From Limnohabitans sp. (GTDB lineage Bacteria > Pseudomonadota > Gammaproteobacteria > Burkholderiales > Burkholderiaceae_C), in the NCBI GenBank assembly GCA_024642215.1, contig JAHEBO010000002.1, forward strand, positions 53,360 to 117,359: a DNA stretch of 64,000 nt, written 5' to 3'. This document shows, one piece after another, positions 36,592 through 46,144 of the stretch; positions within the stretch are counted from its first letter, which is position 1; each line of letters begins with the position of its first letter. Made by a program: the position numbers and the translations under genes. The notes below the pieces were generated by a model. It saw only the letters and a list, made by a program, of their open reading frames with translations. It was not told the DNA's origin and did not search any database.

Positions 36592-37569
36592 ATGAAAATT
36601 CGCAACAGTTTTTGGGTTGCTTGCCTGGCTTTTCTTGCTTGGACAGGCCTGGCCTTGAATGCCAACGCACAAGCATTTCCACAAAAGAGCATCCAAGTGG
36701 TGGTGCCTGTGGCCGCAGGTGGCGGTACCGATTTGTTGGCGCGCAATTTAAGTCAGCGCGTCAGTGAAATTTTGGGCCAGCCTTTGGTGGTCGACAACAA
36801 GCTGGGTGCAGGCGGCAACATTGGCGTGGAGTACGTCATGAAATCCAAACCCGATGGCTATACCCTCTTGGTCAGCCCTGCCACCATTGCCACCAACGTG
36901 GCGGTCTATCGCAAATTGCCCTACGACTTGATCAAAGATTTACAAGCCATCACCTTGATTGGCCAGACTGGTGTGGTCTTGGTGGTTCACCCTTCAGTCA
37001 AAGTGAACAACCTCAAAGAATTCATCGAACTGATGAAATCCAAAAACGGTGACATGAATTACGGCTCTGCGGGCATGGGCAGCCCTCAACATTTACAGGC
37101 TGAATTCTTCAATCAACTGGTGGGCCTCAAGTCCAATCACATTCCCTACAAAGGACAAGCCCAAGCCATGAACGACTTGATTGGTGGCCAGTTGCAATAC
37201 ATGTTCAGCCCCATTCAAAATGCCTTGCCTCAAATTCAGCAGGGGCGATTGAAAGCTTTGGCTGTAGCTTCTGCGGTAAGGCACAAAGCCATGCCGCAAA
37301 TTCCAACCCTCAGCGAACAAGGCTATCAAGGCGTGGAGTTGACCAATTGGTTTGCTGTTTACGCACCCATTAACACGCCACCAGCTGTGGTCAAGAAACT
37401 GAACTCAGCCTTTATCCAGGCCGGCAAAGAACAAAAGATGAAAGAAAAATTAGACACACTGGGATTTGAAAGCTTCTTTACAAGCTCAGAAGAAGCCACC
37501 GATTTCATGCGTTCAGAAATTGTTCGGTGGGCTCGTGTCGCAGCCTATGCTGGCATCAAAGCCGAATAA
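36592..37569 (+). CDS. Bug/TctC-family tripartite tricarboxylate transporter substrate-binding protein (orphan)
   Basis: 325 aa. Signal peptide, then the family hallmark FPQKSIQVVVPVAAGGGTDLLAR. Confidence 0.9.
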   Translation: MKIRNSFWVACLAFLAWTGLALNANAQAFPQKSIQVVVPVAAGGGTDLLARNLSQRVSEILGQPLVVDNKLGAGGNIGVEYVMKSKPDGYTLLVSPATIATNVAVYRKLPYDLIKDLQAITLIGQTGVVLVVHPSVKVNNLKEFIELMKSKNGDMNYGSAGMGSPQHLQAEFFNQLVGLKSNHIPYKGQAQAMNDLIGGQLQYMFSPIQNALPQIQQGRLKALAVASAVRHKAMPQIPTLSEQGYQGVELTNWFAVYAPINTPPAVVKKLNSAFIQAGKEQKMKEKLDTLGFESFFTSSEEATDFMRSEIVRWARVAAYAGIKAE

Positions 37570-37632
37570 AGCCGCGTCAAGCTGGCGTATTATTGGCGCT
37601 GAAAAAACTCCGACTGGTTCTTCAGCAACATC

Positions 37633-38772
37633 ATGAAAAAAATCCTCCTTTTAGGCTCAGGCGAGCTGGGCAAAGAATTTGTCATCAGCGCCAAACGTTT
37701 GGGCTGCCATGTCATTGCATGCGACAACTACGCAGGCGCACCTGCGATGCAAGTAGCAGATGAATTCGAAGTCTTCAGCATGCTGGATGAAGCGCCATTG
37801 CGCGCCGCCATTGCCAAACACAAACCCGATTTGATCGTGCCTGAAATCGAGGCCATCCGTACCGAAGTGTTGTTGGAAGTAGAAAAAGATGGCTTCGAGG
37901 TCATCCCCAGTGCCCGCGCAGCCAACCTCACCATGAACCGCGATCGCATTCGTGATGTGGCGGTGGGTTTGGGCGTTCGCACGGCCAAATTCAACTATGC
38001 AGAATCCAGCGATGAGCTAATGTCGCAAGCCAAAGCCATTGGTTTTCCCGTGGTCATCAAGCCTGTCATGAGCTCATCCGGCAAAGGCCAGAGCGTGGCC
38101 AAAACAGAAGCCGACATTCAAGCCAGCTGGGACTATGCCTGTGCAGGCATGCGAGGAGACCGCAAAAAGGTCATCGTTGAAGAGTTCATCAACTTCGAAT
38201 TTGAAATCACCCTGCTCACCATTCGTCAACGCAATGCCAAAACCTTGTTCTGCCCGCCCATTGGCCATGTGCAAGAACGCGGTGATTACCAATACAGCTG
38301 GCAACCGCAGGCCATGGCGCCCGATTATTTGAAAGCTGCCCAAGAGATGGCAGAAAAAGTCACCGCCGATTTGGGCGGTGCAGGCTTGTTTGGTGTGGAG
38401 TTTTTTGTCACCGCCAAAGAAGTCATCTTCAGCGAACTGAGCCCCCGTCCGCATGACACGGGCATGGTGACCTTGATCAGCCAAAACCTCAGTGAATTTG
38501 ATTTGCATGCCCGTGCAGTGTTGGGTTTGCCCATCCCTGTGATTGAGTGCGTGGAAGGTGCCAGTGCCGTGGTGCTGGCCGACCGTGAAGGCAAGAACCC
38601 AAGCTACGCGGGTGTGTCGGCTGCTTTGCAAGAACCCGGCGTCGATGTCCGTATTTTCGGTAAACCGACCACGCGTCCTTTCAGGCGCATGGCGGTGGCC
38701 TTGGCCAAGGGCGATAAAGCCTTAGAGCGCGCTCGTGCTGCAGCTTCCAAAATCAGCGTGCACGTTTCTTAA
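37633..38772 (+). CDS. purT: Formate-dependent phosphoribosylglycinamide formyltransferase
   Basis: 379 aa. Collinear with PurT ([12 protein letters not shown]..., ...[14 protein letters not shown]..., ...[15 protein letters not shown]..., ...FGKP...RRMAVALA). Confidence 0.9.
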   Translation: MKKILLLGSGELGKEFVISAKRLGCHVIACDNYAGAPAMQVADEFEVFSMLDEAPLRAAIAKHKPDLIVPEIEAIRTEVLLEVEKDGFEVIPSARAANLTMNRDRIRDVAVGLGVRTAKFNYAESSDELMSQAKAIGFPVVIKPVMSSSGKGQSVAKTEADIQASWDYACAGMRGDRKKVIVEEFINFEFEITLLTIRQRNAKTLFCPPIGHVQERGDYQYSWQPQAMAPDYLKAAQEMAEKVTADLGGAGLFGVEFFVTAKEVIFSELSPRPHDTGMVTLISQNLSEFDLHARAVLGLPIPVIECVEGASAVVLADREGKNPSYAGVSAALQEPGVDVRIFGKPTTRPFRRMAVALAKGDKALERARAAASKISVHVS

Positions 38773-38788
38773 GCACCCTGCTTCATTT

Positions 38789-38828
38789 AAAAAAAGGGAC
38801 CTGGGTTGCACAACCTAGGTCCCTTTTT
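38789..38828. terminator. Bidirectional rho-independent terminator between purT and the convergent nitroreductase gene
   Basis: An A7 run, then GGGACCTGGGTTG-ca-CAACCTAGGTCCC (one G:T pair), then a T5 run. Confidence 0.8.
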
Positions 38829-38851
38829 GAATTTGAAGGATTGACTTTAGA

Positions 38852-39487
38852 TCACTTGACTTCAGTGATGAAGTTGTCGTTGGTGCGGCGCACCTTCTTC
38901 ATGTTGACCAACCAGTCTTTGTCGGCTTCGCGGTAGCCCAAAGGCAAGATGACCGTGCTGCGCAAACCACGTGCAGCCAAGCCCAAGATTTCATCCACAG
39001 CAGCGGGATTGAAACCTTCCATGGGCGTCGCGTCAACTTCTTGCTCGGCAGCAGCGATCAAGGCTGTGCCCAACGCAATGTAAGACTGCTTGGCTGCGTG
39101 TTGGAAGTTCACTTCGGGGCCTTTGGCTGGATAGTTGGCCAGCAACATCTTGCGATAGTTCTCGGCGCCTTCGTTCACAAAGCCGCGCACTTCGTTGTTG
39201 TAGTCAAACATCATGTTGATGCGCTCGGCGGTGTAATCGTTCCAAGCAGCAAACACCAAGAGGTGTGAACCTTCTGTGATTTGCGCTTGGTTGTTGGCAG
39301 CCGCTTGAATCTTGGCCCGCACTTCAGGATTGGTCACCACAAACACTTCATAAGGTTGCAGACCACTTGAAGTGGCTGTCAGGCGAATGGCTTCCAAAAT
39401 GCGTTGCACTTTGGTTTCGGGTACGGACTTGGTGGGGTCCATTTTTTTGGTGGCATAACGCCAATTCAGAGCTTGCAACAAATCCAT
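38852..39487 (-). CDS. NAD(P)H nitroreductase-family flavoprotein
   Basis: 211 aa from MDLLQALNWRYATKKMDP..., the typical nitroreductase N-terminus. The track start at 39550 adds 21 implausible residues. Confidence 0.85.
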   Translation of the reverse strand: MDLLQALNWRYATKKMDPTKSVPETKVQRILEAIRLTATSSGLQPYEVFVVTNPEVRAKIQAAANNQAQITEGSHLLVFAAWNDYTAERINMMFDYNNEVRGFVNEGAENYRKMLLANYPAKGPEVNFQHAAKQSYIALGTALIAAAEQEVDATPMEGFNPAAVDEILGLAARGLRSTVILPLGYREADKDWLVNMKKVRRTNDNFITEVK

Positions 39488-39613
39488 TTTGAAACTTCCA
39501 GATATATAAAAACAAGCAGCGAGTTTAAACGGCTTAGGAAATTTGTTCACGAGACCCTCATTTGGCCTTCAATTGGCAAAGAGTCACCCGGCCAAACAGT
39601 TAGGATTGAGGTC

Positions 39614-40810
39614 ATGTCCAACTGGCTTCCTCTTCTTGCTACGCTTTCCATCCAAGCCATGGTGGCCATGGCATTGCTGACCCTCCCTGTCATGGCGCCT
39701 GTTGCGGCTAAAACCCTGGAGGTTTCACCGGCCTTGGTGGGTGTTTATGTAGCCATCACCTATGCGGGAGCCATGTTTGCCAGCCTCACGTCTGGCACCA
39801 CTGTCAGCCGACTGGGGCCGATTCGGGTGAGCCAATGGGGCCTGGTGCTTTGCGCAACCGGACTTTGCCTATGCGCCATACCATGGTTACCGGCCATTGG
39901 CCTAGGCGCCCTGTTCATTGGCCTCGGCTATGGTCCCATCACACCCGCCAGTTCACAAATTTTGGCCAGAACCACACCACCGGCACAAATGGCACTGGTT
40001 TTTTCCATCAAGCAAACCGGCGTACCGGTGGGCGCCATGCTGGCCGGCGCCATTGTTCCATCTCTCATGCTTGCCATCGACTGGCAATGGAGTTTGGTCG
40101 TTGTGGCCATGGCCTGTATCTTCAGTGCTGTACTGTCACAGCCCATGCGAGAAGAGATGGACGATTTGCGTCAAGCTAATTTACCATTTCAAATGGGCAC
40201 CCTCACCACGCCACTGCGCATGGTCTTAGGTCATCGGGCACTGAGCACCATGGCCGCATGCTCATTCATGTTCTCGATGGTTCAAATGTCCTTGACCACT
40301 TACTTGGTGACCTACTTGCACGATGACTTGTCATACGGCATGGTCAGTGCAGGTTTGTTATTGTCTGTGACGCAAATGGGCGGCATTGGCGGGCGCATTG
40401 CATGGGGTGTGGTCGCAGACCGCTGGATGGGCGCTCAGAGAACACTCGCTTTGTTAGCCTGCCTGATGGCCATCAGCGCCCTTGCAACGGCTTTACTGCT
40501 GCCGGTGCTGCCTATTTTGGGCATCTGGGCCATCTTGTTGTTGTTTGGGGCATCGGCCATTGGTTGGAATGGCGTTTATTTGGCAGAGGTGGCGCGGCAA
40601 GCGCCCGAAGGCAAAGCCAGCGTGGCGACCGGTGGCACCCTGGCTTTCACATTTCTAGGCGTTGTCATTGGCCCACCTTTGTTTGGTGTCTTGTCGTCGG
40701 CATTTGGCACCTACAGGGCAGGCTTCTTGGCCTTGGTCATCACCTCTAGCCTTTGCGCATGGGTGCTGTATCGTCTTAAGCCAAGTGCGTCGCTGCCTGC
40801 TGCCGAATAA
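39614..40810 (+). CDS. MFS transporter
   Basis: 398 aa from the ATG at 39614 (MSNWLPLLATLSIQAMV...). Multi-TM. The track ORF from 39404 would run through the divergent promoter region. Confidence 0.8.
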   Translation: MSNWLPLLATLSIQAMVAMALLTLPVMAPVAAKTLEVSPALVGVYVAITYAGAMFASLTSGTTVSRLGPIRVSQWGLVLCATGLCLCAIPWLPAIGLGALFIGLGYGPITPASSQILARTTPPAQMALVFSIKQTGVPVGAMLAGAIVPSLMLAIDWQWSLVVVAMACIFSAVLSQPMREEMDDLRQANLPFQMGTLTTPLRMVLGHRALSTMAACSFMFSMVQMSLTTYLVTYLHDDLSYGMVSAGLLLSVTQMGGIGGRIAWGVVADRWMGAQRTLALLACLMAISALATALLLPVLPILGIWAILLLFGASAIGWNGVYLAEVARQAPEGKASVATGGTLAFTFLGVVIGPPLFGVLSSAFGTYRAGFLALVITSSLCAWVLYRLKPSASLPAAE

Positions 40811-42398
40811 AATCTGCGCCTTTCTCTGCAATCATGATGGTGGGCGCATTGGTATTTCCCGACACCAAATGCGGCATGACAGATGCGTCGATGACCCTTA
40901 AATTTTGCAAGCCATGAACACGCAGTTCGGAATCGACCACCGCCATGGGGTCTTGCGCAGGGCCCATTTTGCAGGTGCCGACGGGGTGATATTCCGTATC
41001 GGAGTGGTCTCTTAAAAATGCCTCAACTTGCACAGGATCTTTGACATTCAAGGGATAAAGCATATTCCCCCGATAGCCTGCCAAACCAGCCGATTCCATG
41101 ATCTGCAATCCCATTTGGGTACCCGCGATCATGGTCTGCATATCGTCCTTGTCTTTGAAGAATGCCGGATCGATCAAGGGTTTGTCCATTGGATTGCGGC
41201 TGGCCAGCATGAGGGTGCCGCGGCTTTTGGGACGCAACAAGGTGACGTGCAAGGTGTAGCCATGACCCCAATGCATTTTGCGCGCATGGTCATCCACGAT
41301 GCCTGTGCATAAAGCCAATTGAATGTTGGGATGGTCCGTATTGCCTTCGGTAGACACAAAGCCTTGTGTTTCGGAAACATTGGAGGTGATCCACCCAGTC
41401 CGCTTGTTTCGCCACTCCAGCATGGCTTTGAAAATGTTCCATGTGCCCTTCAAAGAAAAACCCATGGCATCGTTGACCTTCTGTGTTTTATAAATCAACA
41501 CAGTGGTGACGTGATCTTGCAAGTTTTGCCCCACACCGGGTAACTCATGCACTAAGGGGATGCCCATGTCGTGGAGATGTAGCGCAGGGCCTATACCAGA
41601 CAACATGAGCAATTGGGGCGTGCCAAATGCGCCGCCCGACAAAATCACTTCCTTGCGGGCTCGAACTTCATGATGCACCCCGTTTACCATGTAACGAATG
41701 CCAACGGCACGCTTGCCGTCCATCACAACTTGCGTGGCATGCGCATGTGAAACAACCCGTAAATTGTCTTGATGTCGATGAGGATCCACATAGGCCCTCG
41801 CAGCGTTCCAACGCTCGCCGCCCTTTTGTGTCACTTGCCCATGCGAGACGCCAAATTGATGCGCACCGTTGTAATCTGGATTGAAAGGAATACCTTGTTC
41901 ATTGCAGGCCTGAATGAAGGCTTTGTTCAAAGGGCTGGGACTGCGAAGGTAACTGACATTCAAGGGTCCATTCACACCACGGTAATGATTGGCACCAAAA
42001 CATTCGTTGTTTTCGGATTTTTTAAAATAAGGCAACACATCTTGGTAAGTCCACCCCGCGTTGCCTAGCGTGGCCCAACTGTTGTAATCCTGCGCATTGC
42101 CTCGGGTGTAAACCATTGCATTGACCGAAGAGCTTCCACCCATCACCTTGCCCCGGGGCTGAAAACCTTTGCGACCGTTGAAGCCTGCTTGTGGAATGGT
42201 GTTGTAACCCCAGCTGTTGATGTTCAGCGAGGCCGTGGCAGCAAAACCCAAAGGGGCACGCACGAACACCGAATGATCTGGACCACCCGCCTCCAGCAAA
42301 CACACAGAATGATGCAAGTCTTCGCTGAGTCTGCCGGCGACACAGCACCCCGCAGAGCCGCCACCCACCACCACATAATCAAATTCTGAATGCGACAT
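40776..42398 (-). CDS. GMC-family FAD oxidoreductase (choline/alcohol dehydrogenase-like)
   Basis: 540 aa from MSHSEFDYVVVGGGSAGCCVAGRLSED (GxGxxG). C-terminal ...HPVGTCKMG... and ...NTNAPTIMIAEKGADFI.... The 3' end overlaps the convergent MFS gene by 35 nt. Confidence 0.9.
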   Translation of the reverse strand: MSHSEFDYVVVGGGSAGCCVAGRLSEDLHHSVCLLEAGGPDHSVFVRAPLGFAATASLNINSWGYNTIPQAGFNGRKGFQPRGKVMGGSSSVNAMVYTRGNAQDYNSWATLGNAGWTYQDVLPYFKKSENNECFGANHYRGVNGPLNVSYLRSPSPLNKAFIQACNEQGIPFNPDYNGAHQFGVSHGQVTQKGGERWNAARAYVDPHRHQDNLRVVSHAHATQVVMDGKRAVGIRYMVNGVHHEVRARKEVILSGGAFGTPQLLMLSGIGPALHLHDMGIPLVHELPGVGQNLQDHVTTVLIYKTQKVNDAMGFSLKGTWNIFKAMLEWRNKRTGWITSNVSETQGFVSTEGNTDHPNIQLALCTGIVDDHARKMHWGHGYTLHVTLLRPKSRGTLMLASRNPMDKPLIDPAFFKDKDDMQTMIAGTQMGLQIMESAGLAGYRGNMLYPLNVKDPVQVEAFLRDHSDTEYHPVGTCKMGPAQDPMAVVDSELRVHGLQNLRVIDASVMPHLVSGNTNAPTIMIAEKGADFIRQQAATHLA

Positions 42399-42444
42399 GA
42401 AATTACCTTGTGACAATGGAAATATGAATGAAATGCATGGCCCA

Positions 42445-43116
42445 TCAATGATTGGCACCCATGCCAATTTTGATGTCTTGCCCATCACCTTGGAGATGGT
42501 GCACCAAAACATCGACCGTGCACAACAGGGCTTGCGCTAATGTTTCAGTGCTCATGCTGGCCATGGACGCGCCACTTCTAGCAGCCGCTTGTGATGGCAA
42601 TAAAGGCACATGCACAAAACCACTCAATACCTTGGTGTTGCAAAGCAGATGCTGGAGCCCGTAAAAAACTTGATTGCACACAAAAGTACCCGCCGTTTGC
42701 GAAATTGAAGCAGGAATACCTTGCGCCTTGAGATGCGACGCAATTTTTTTAACAGGCAAGGTTGAAAAAAAAGCGGCAGGACCTTGCGCAATCACTGGCT
42801 CGTCAACAGGTTGCGCGCCGTCGTTGTCTGGAATTCTGGCATCGCAGACATTGATGGCCACGCGCTCAATCGAAAAATCACTGCGCCCATCGGCTTGGCC
42901 CAATGCAATGACAGCATCCGGTTGATGCAATTGAATTGCAGCTGCGAGTGCACCCAAAGATTGTGCAAAAACACATGGCAGTTTTGCAGCCACCAACTGT
43001 GCGCCATTCACTTTTTTGCCGTTAAGTTGCTGTGCAACTTCCCACGAAGGGTTCAGTGCCTCTCCGCCAAAGGGATCAAACCCTGTGATCAAAATCTTCA
43101 AGCTGATCTCCAACAA
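42445..43116 (-). CDS. pcp: Pyroglutamyl-peptidase I
   Basis: KILITGFDPFGGEALNPSWE N-terminus, catalytic-Cys region AGTFVCNQVFY and His region GFVHVP. The start is a TTG (43116 or 43101) and is uncertain. Confidence 0.85.
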   Translation of the reverse strand: MLEISLKILITGFDPFGGEALNPSWEVAQQLNGKKVNGAQLVAAKLPCVFAQSLGALAAAIQLHQPDAVIALGQADGRSDFSIERVAINVCDARIPDNDGAQPVDEPVIAQGPAAFFSTLPVKKIASHLKAQGIPASISQTAGTFVCNQVFYGLQHLLCNTKVLSGFVHVPLLPSQAAARSGASMASMSTETLAQALLCTVDVLVHHLQGDGQDIKIGMGANH

Positions 43117-43182
43117 ATTGACTGCTGCGCAACACGCTGCTGCGCTGTAGCATTCGGTTTGATTTTAGGGAAGAATAGACTC

Positions 43183-44115
43183 ATGACAAATACTTCTCCG
43201 CACGACAACATTGTCACGCCTTCCAAGACTTCACCGATAGGCTTTGTTGGCATTGGCAACATGGGGTTTGCCATGATGGCAAGATTGACAGAACTGGGAT
43301 GGCAATGCGCCAGTTACGACATCGACCCATTGCAAAACCAAAAGGCACAGCAAATGGGCACGCAGGTCATGAACTCTGCTGCCGACATAGGTACCCAATG
43401 TCGCATCCGTTTTGTGGTGGTGGTCAATGCAGAACAAGTCCATGAAGTTTTATGGGGACATTGCGGCATGATCAGTACCAGTCAACCTGGCGATGTGATT
43501 TACCTATGCCCCACCTTAGGTCCAATGGATGTAGAAAGCATTGCCAAACGCGCACAAAAACAAGGGGTGTCCGTAGTTGACTCGCCCATGTCTGGTGGGC
43601 CTGTTCGCGCGCGCGAAGGTCAGATGAGTTTGATGCTTGCCGCACCCAACAAACTGCTTCAGCAACACCAAGTTTTGCTAGACGACATCACATTTCAGCG
43701 CTTTGTGATCAGCGAAACACCCAGTGATGCCGCAAAAACAAAACTCGCCAACAACTTACTTGCTGCCATCAATTTGGCAGGCATCAGCGAAGTATTGGCG
43801 ATGGCTCAATCTTGGGGGCTGAATGCGCAAACCACATTGGATGTGATGCAAGCGAGCAGTGGTCAAAGCTGGATTGGGCAGGACCGAATGCAACGGGCAT
43901 TGCACAATGATTTTGCACCACGAGCACATACCAGCCTTTTGGCCAAAGACACGCGATTGGCATTGCAAGCGTGTGTAGAAATGCAATTGAAGCCGCCAGC
44001 TTTGGGTCAACTTGCAACCCAACATTTTGAGCAAGCATGCAAAGGTGGCTATCAAGACAAAGATGACGCCAGCCTGTTTCTTCAAGCTGGCGGCAAGCCA
44101 CTCCCAGCGATCTGA
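43183..44115 (+). CDS. NAD(P)-dependent beta-hydroxyacid dehydrogenase (3-hydroxyisobutyrate dehydrogenase family)
   Basis: 310 aa from the ATG at 43183. IGFVGIGNMGFAMMARL Rossmann motif. The longer track ORF from 42784 is antisense to pcp. Confidence 0.8.
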   Translation: MTNTSPHDNIVTPSKTSPIGFVGIGNMGFAMMARLTELGWQCASYDIDPLQNQKAQQMGTQVMNSAADIGTQCRIRFVVVVNAEQVHEVLWGHCGMISTSQPGDVIYLCPTLGPMDVESIAKRAQKQGVSVVDSPMSGGPVRAREGQMSLMLAAPNKLLQQHQVLLDDITFQRFVISETPSDAAKTKLANNLLAAINLAGISEVLAMAQSWGLNAQTTLDVMQASSGQSWIGQDRMQRALHNDFAPRAHTSLLAKDTRLALQACVEMQLKPPALGQLATQHFEQACKGGYQDKDDASLFLQAGGKPLPAI

Positions 44116-44132
44116 TTCATGTCAAGGCAGGT

Positions 44133-44381
44133 TCAAGCGTAGAAGGCTTCCACCTTGCCTTTGAGCTTCATAAGCAAGGGATTACCCTTGCGATCCAATG
44201 TTTTGCCCGCGGGTACTTTGACCCATCCTTCGCTGATGCAGTACTCCTCTACGTCATGGCGATCTTTGCCATTGAATCGAATGCCGATGTCGTGCTCAAA
44301 CACAGCTGCCACATGGAAGGGACTGCGGGGATCAATGGACAAATGATCTGGAAGTTCGGGGCGTGAGTTTGTGTCGCTCAT
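44133..44381 (-). CDS. DUF3297 family protein
   Basis: 82 aa from MSDTNSRPELPDHLSIDPRSPFHVAAVFEHDIGIRFNGKDRHDVEEYCISEGWVKV..., the characteristic DUF3297 sequence. Confidence 0.8.
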   Translation of the reverse strand: MSDTNSRPELPDHLSIDPRSPFHVAAVFEHDIGIRFNGKDRHDVEEYCISEGWVKVPAGKTLDRKGNPLLMKLKGKVEAFYA

Positions 44382-44444
44382 GTTTTGGCAGTAACTAAAA
44401 ATCAGAATAGACTGGAATTCTCCAACATTTCGGGGATGAAATGC

Positions 44445-46139
44445 ATGACCGACGAAACGATTGTTGAAACATCGACACACAGTCCGGCATCAGTGGCCTT
44501 GTTGTCAGCCTCCGCATTGCTCACTGCATGTGGTGGTGGCGGTTCAGTCAGCCCTGCTTCCAATGCTGCAAGCAATAGCCCCCAGGTCAATTCGCCTCCC
44601 ACAGACCTTCAATTGGATGCGTCACGATTTTTAAGGCAAGCTTCTTGGGGTGCAACACCCGCAGAGATCAATGAAGTTGTAGCCATGGGCGCCGCCAAAT
44701 GGCTCAATGGCCAACTCAATCAACCTATGAGTAACACCATGACAAGGTGGTTGATTGACAAGGGCTTCAACGACAGTTCCGTCAACAGCAATGTCAACGG
44801 CGACGGTGGCTGGGTTCAAGCCATGTGGTGGAAGCTGTTCAGTGCGCACGACCTTTGCAGGCAAAGAGCCACCTTGGCGATCTCCGAATTGTTCGTGGTG
44901 TCCCATCTAGGCTTGCCCATTTCTTGGCGCAACTTTGCCATTGCCAACTACTGGGAAGTGCTTGAAACGCATGCTTTCGGCAATTTTCGAAACCTTCTTG
45001 AGGCCGTTACGTTGTCGTCTGCAATGGGCACCTACCTCAACATGAAGGGCAACCAAAAGTACGACGCCAAAACGGGCCGCTCACCCGATGAGAACTATGC
45101 AAGAGAAGTGATGCAATTGTTCACCATCGGCTTGTACCAACTGAACATCGATGGCACCTTCAAATTAGATGCCAGTGGCAAGCCCATTGAAACTTACGAC
45201 AACGCCGACATTCAGGGTTTGGCCAAAGTTTTTACCGGGTGGAATACCGCTACGGGCTCCGATCCAACTGGCGATCTTGCACCTGCAGCCTATCGACACG
45301 GTTTGGCTATGAGCCTGAACGCAAGTCTGCACAGTCCCGAAGAGAAAAAATTTCTGGGTACCACCATCCCAGCCGGTACATTGGGCACGCCAAGTCTCAA
45401 GATCGCGTTAGACACTCTGTTTGCACATGCCAATACAGGGCCATTCGTCTGCAAACAACTGATCCAACGCTTGGTGACGAGTAACCCATCGCCAAATTAT
45501 GTAGCGCGTGTCGCCAAGGTTTTTGAAGACAATGGCAAGGGGGTTCGTGGCGATATGAAATCTGTCTGGACCGCCATTTTGATAGACACTGAAGCGCGGC
45601 AAACCACAGGTTTGCCCACATACGGCAAACTCACTGAACCCATGGTGCGCTTATTGCAATGGGGCCATACCTTTCGCGCCACCGCCAGTGATGATGCATG
45701 GACCTTAGGTTATACCGACTCAGACATCACCCTAGGGCAAATGCCCATGCGCTCGCCCACTGTTTTCAATTTCTTCAGACCAGGCTATGTTCCGCCCAAT
45801 ACGTATTCAGCGTCACAAAATTTGGTAGCACCCGAATTTCAAATATTGACAGAACCGACGGTCGTCAGTTATGTCAACTACATGGCAGGTACTGTGAACA
45901 ATGCGCGCAACATCAAAGCCGATTACACCTATGAAAAAAGCCTTGCCAGTGATGCGACTGCCTTGGTCAAGCACTTGAATCTTTGTTTGGCTTCTGGCGC
46001 ACTGACTCAAAGCAATCAAGCGCTCATAGTGACGGCCATCAACAGCATTGTCGCCACCACCGATGCGGGTATTCTGAATCGCATTTATGCAGCCATCTTA
46101 TTGGTCATGAGCAGCACAGACTATTTGGTTCAAAGGTAA
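44445..46139 (+). CDS. DUF1800 domain-containing lipoprotein
   Basis: About 564 aa. Lipobox ...SASALLTAC followed by GGGGS. DUF1800-type body starting ...ASRFLRQASWGATPAEI.... Alternative start at 44436. Confidence 0.75.
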   Translation: MTDETIVETSTHSPASVALLSASALLTACGGGGSVSPASNAASNSPQVNSPPTDLQLDASRFLRQASWGATPAEINEVVAMGAAKWLNGQLNQPMSNTMTRWLIDKGFNDSSVNSNVNGDGGWVQAMWWKLFSAHDLCRQRATLAISELFVVSHLGLPISWRNFAIANYWEVLETHAFGNFRNLLEAVTLSSAMGTYLNMKGNQKYDAKTGRSPDENYAREVMQLFTIGLYQLNIDGTFKLDASGKPIETYDNADIQGLAKVFTGWNTATGSDPTGDLAPAAYRHGLAMSLNASLHSPEEKKFLGTTIPAGTLGTPSLKIALDTLFAHANTGPFVCKQLIQRLVTSNPSPNYVARVAKVFEDNGKGVRGDMKSVWTAILIDTEARQTTGLPTYGKLTEPMVRLLQWGHTFRATASDDAWTLGYTDSDITLGQMPMRSPTVFNFFRPGYVPPNTYSASQNLVAPEFQILTEPTVVSYVNYMAGTVNNARNIKADYTYEKSLASDATALVKHLNLCLASGALTQSNQALIVTAINSIVATTDAGILNRIYAAILLVMSSTDYLVQR

Positions 46140-46144
46140 GCATC

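Noticed and set aside
42784-43182. N-terminal extensions in the ORF track: 42784 for the dehydrogenase, 39404 for the MFS gene, 24117 for the binding protein, 44480 for DUF3297, 45983 for DUF1501, 55683 for GlcG, 42512 for GMC and 7394 for the aldolase.
   Set aside because: The extensions run antisense through neighbouring genes or promoter regions and add non-homologous residues in front of canonical family N-termini. Internal ATG starts with proper spacing were chosen instead.
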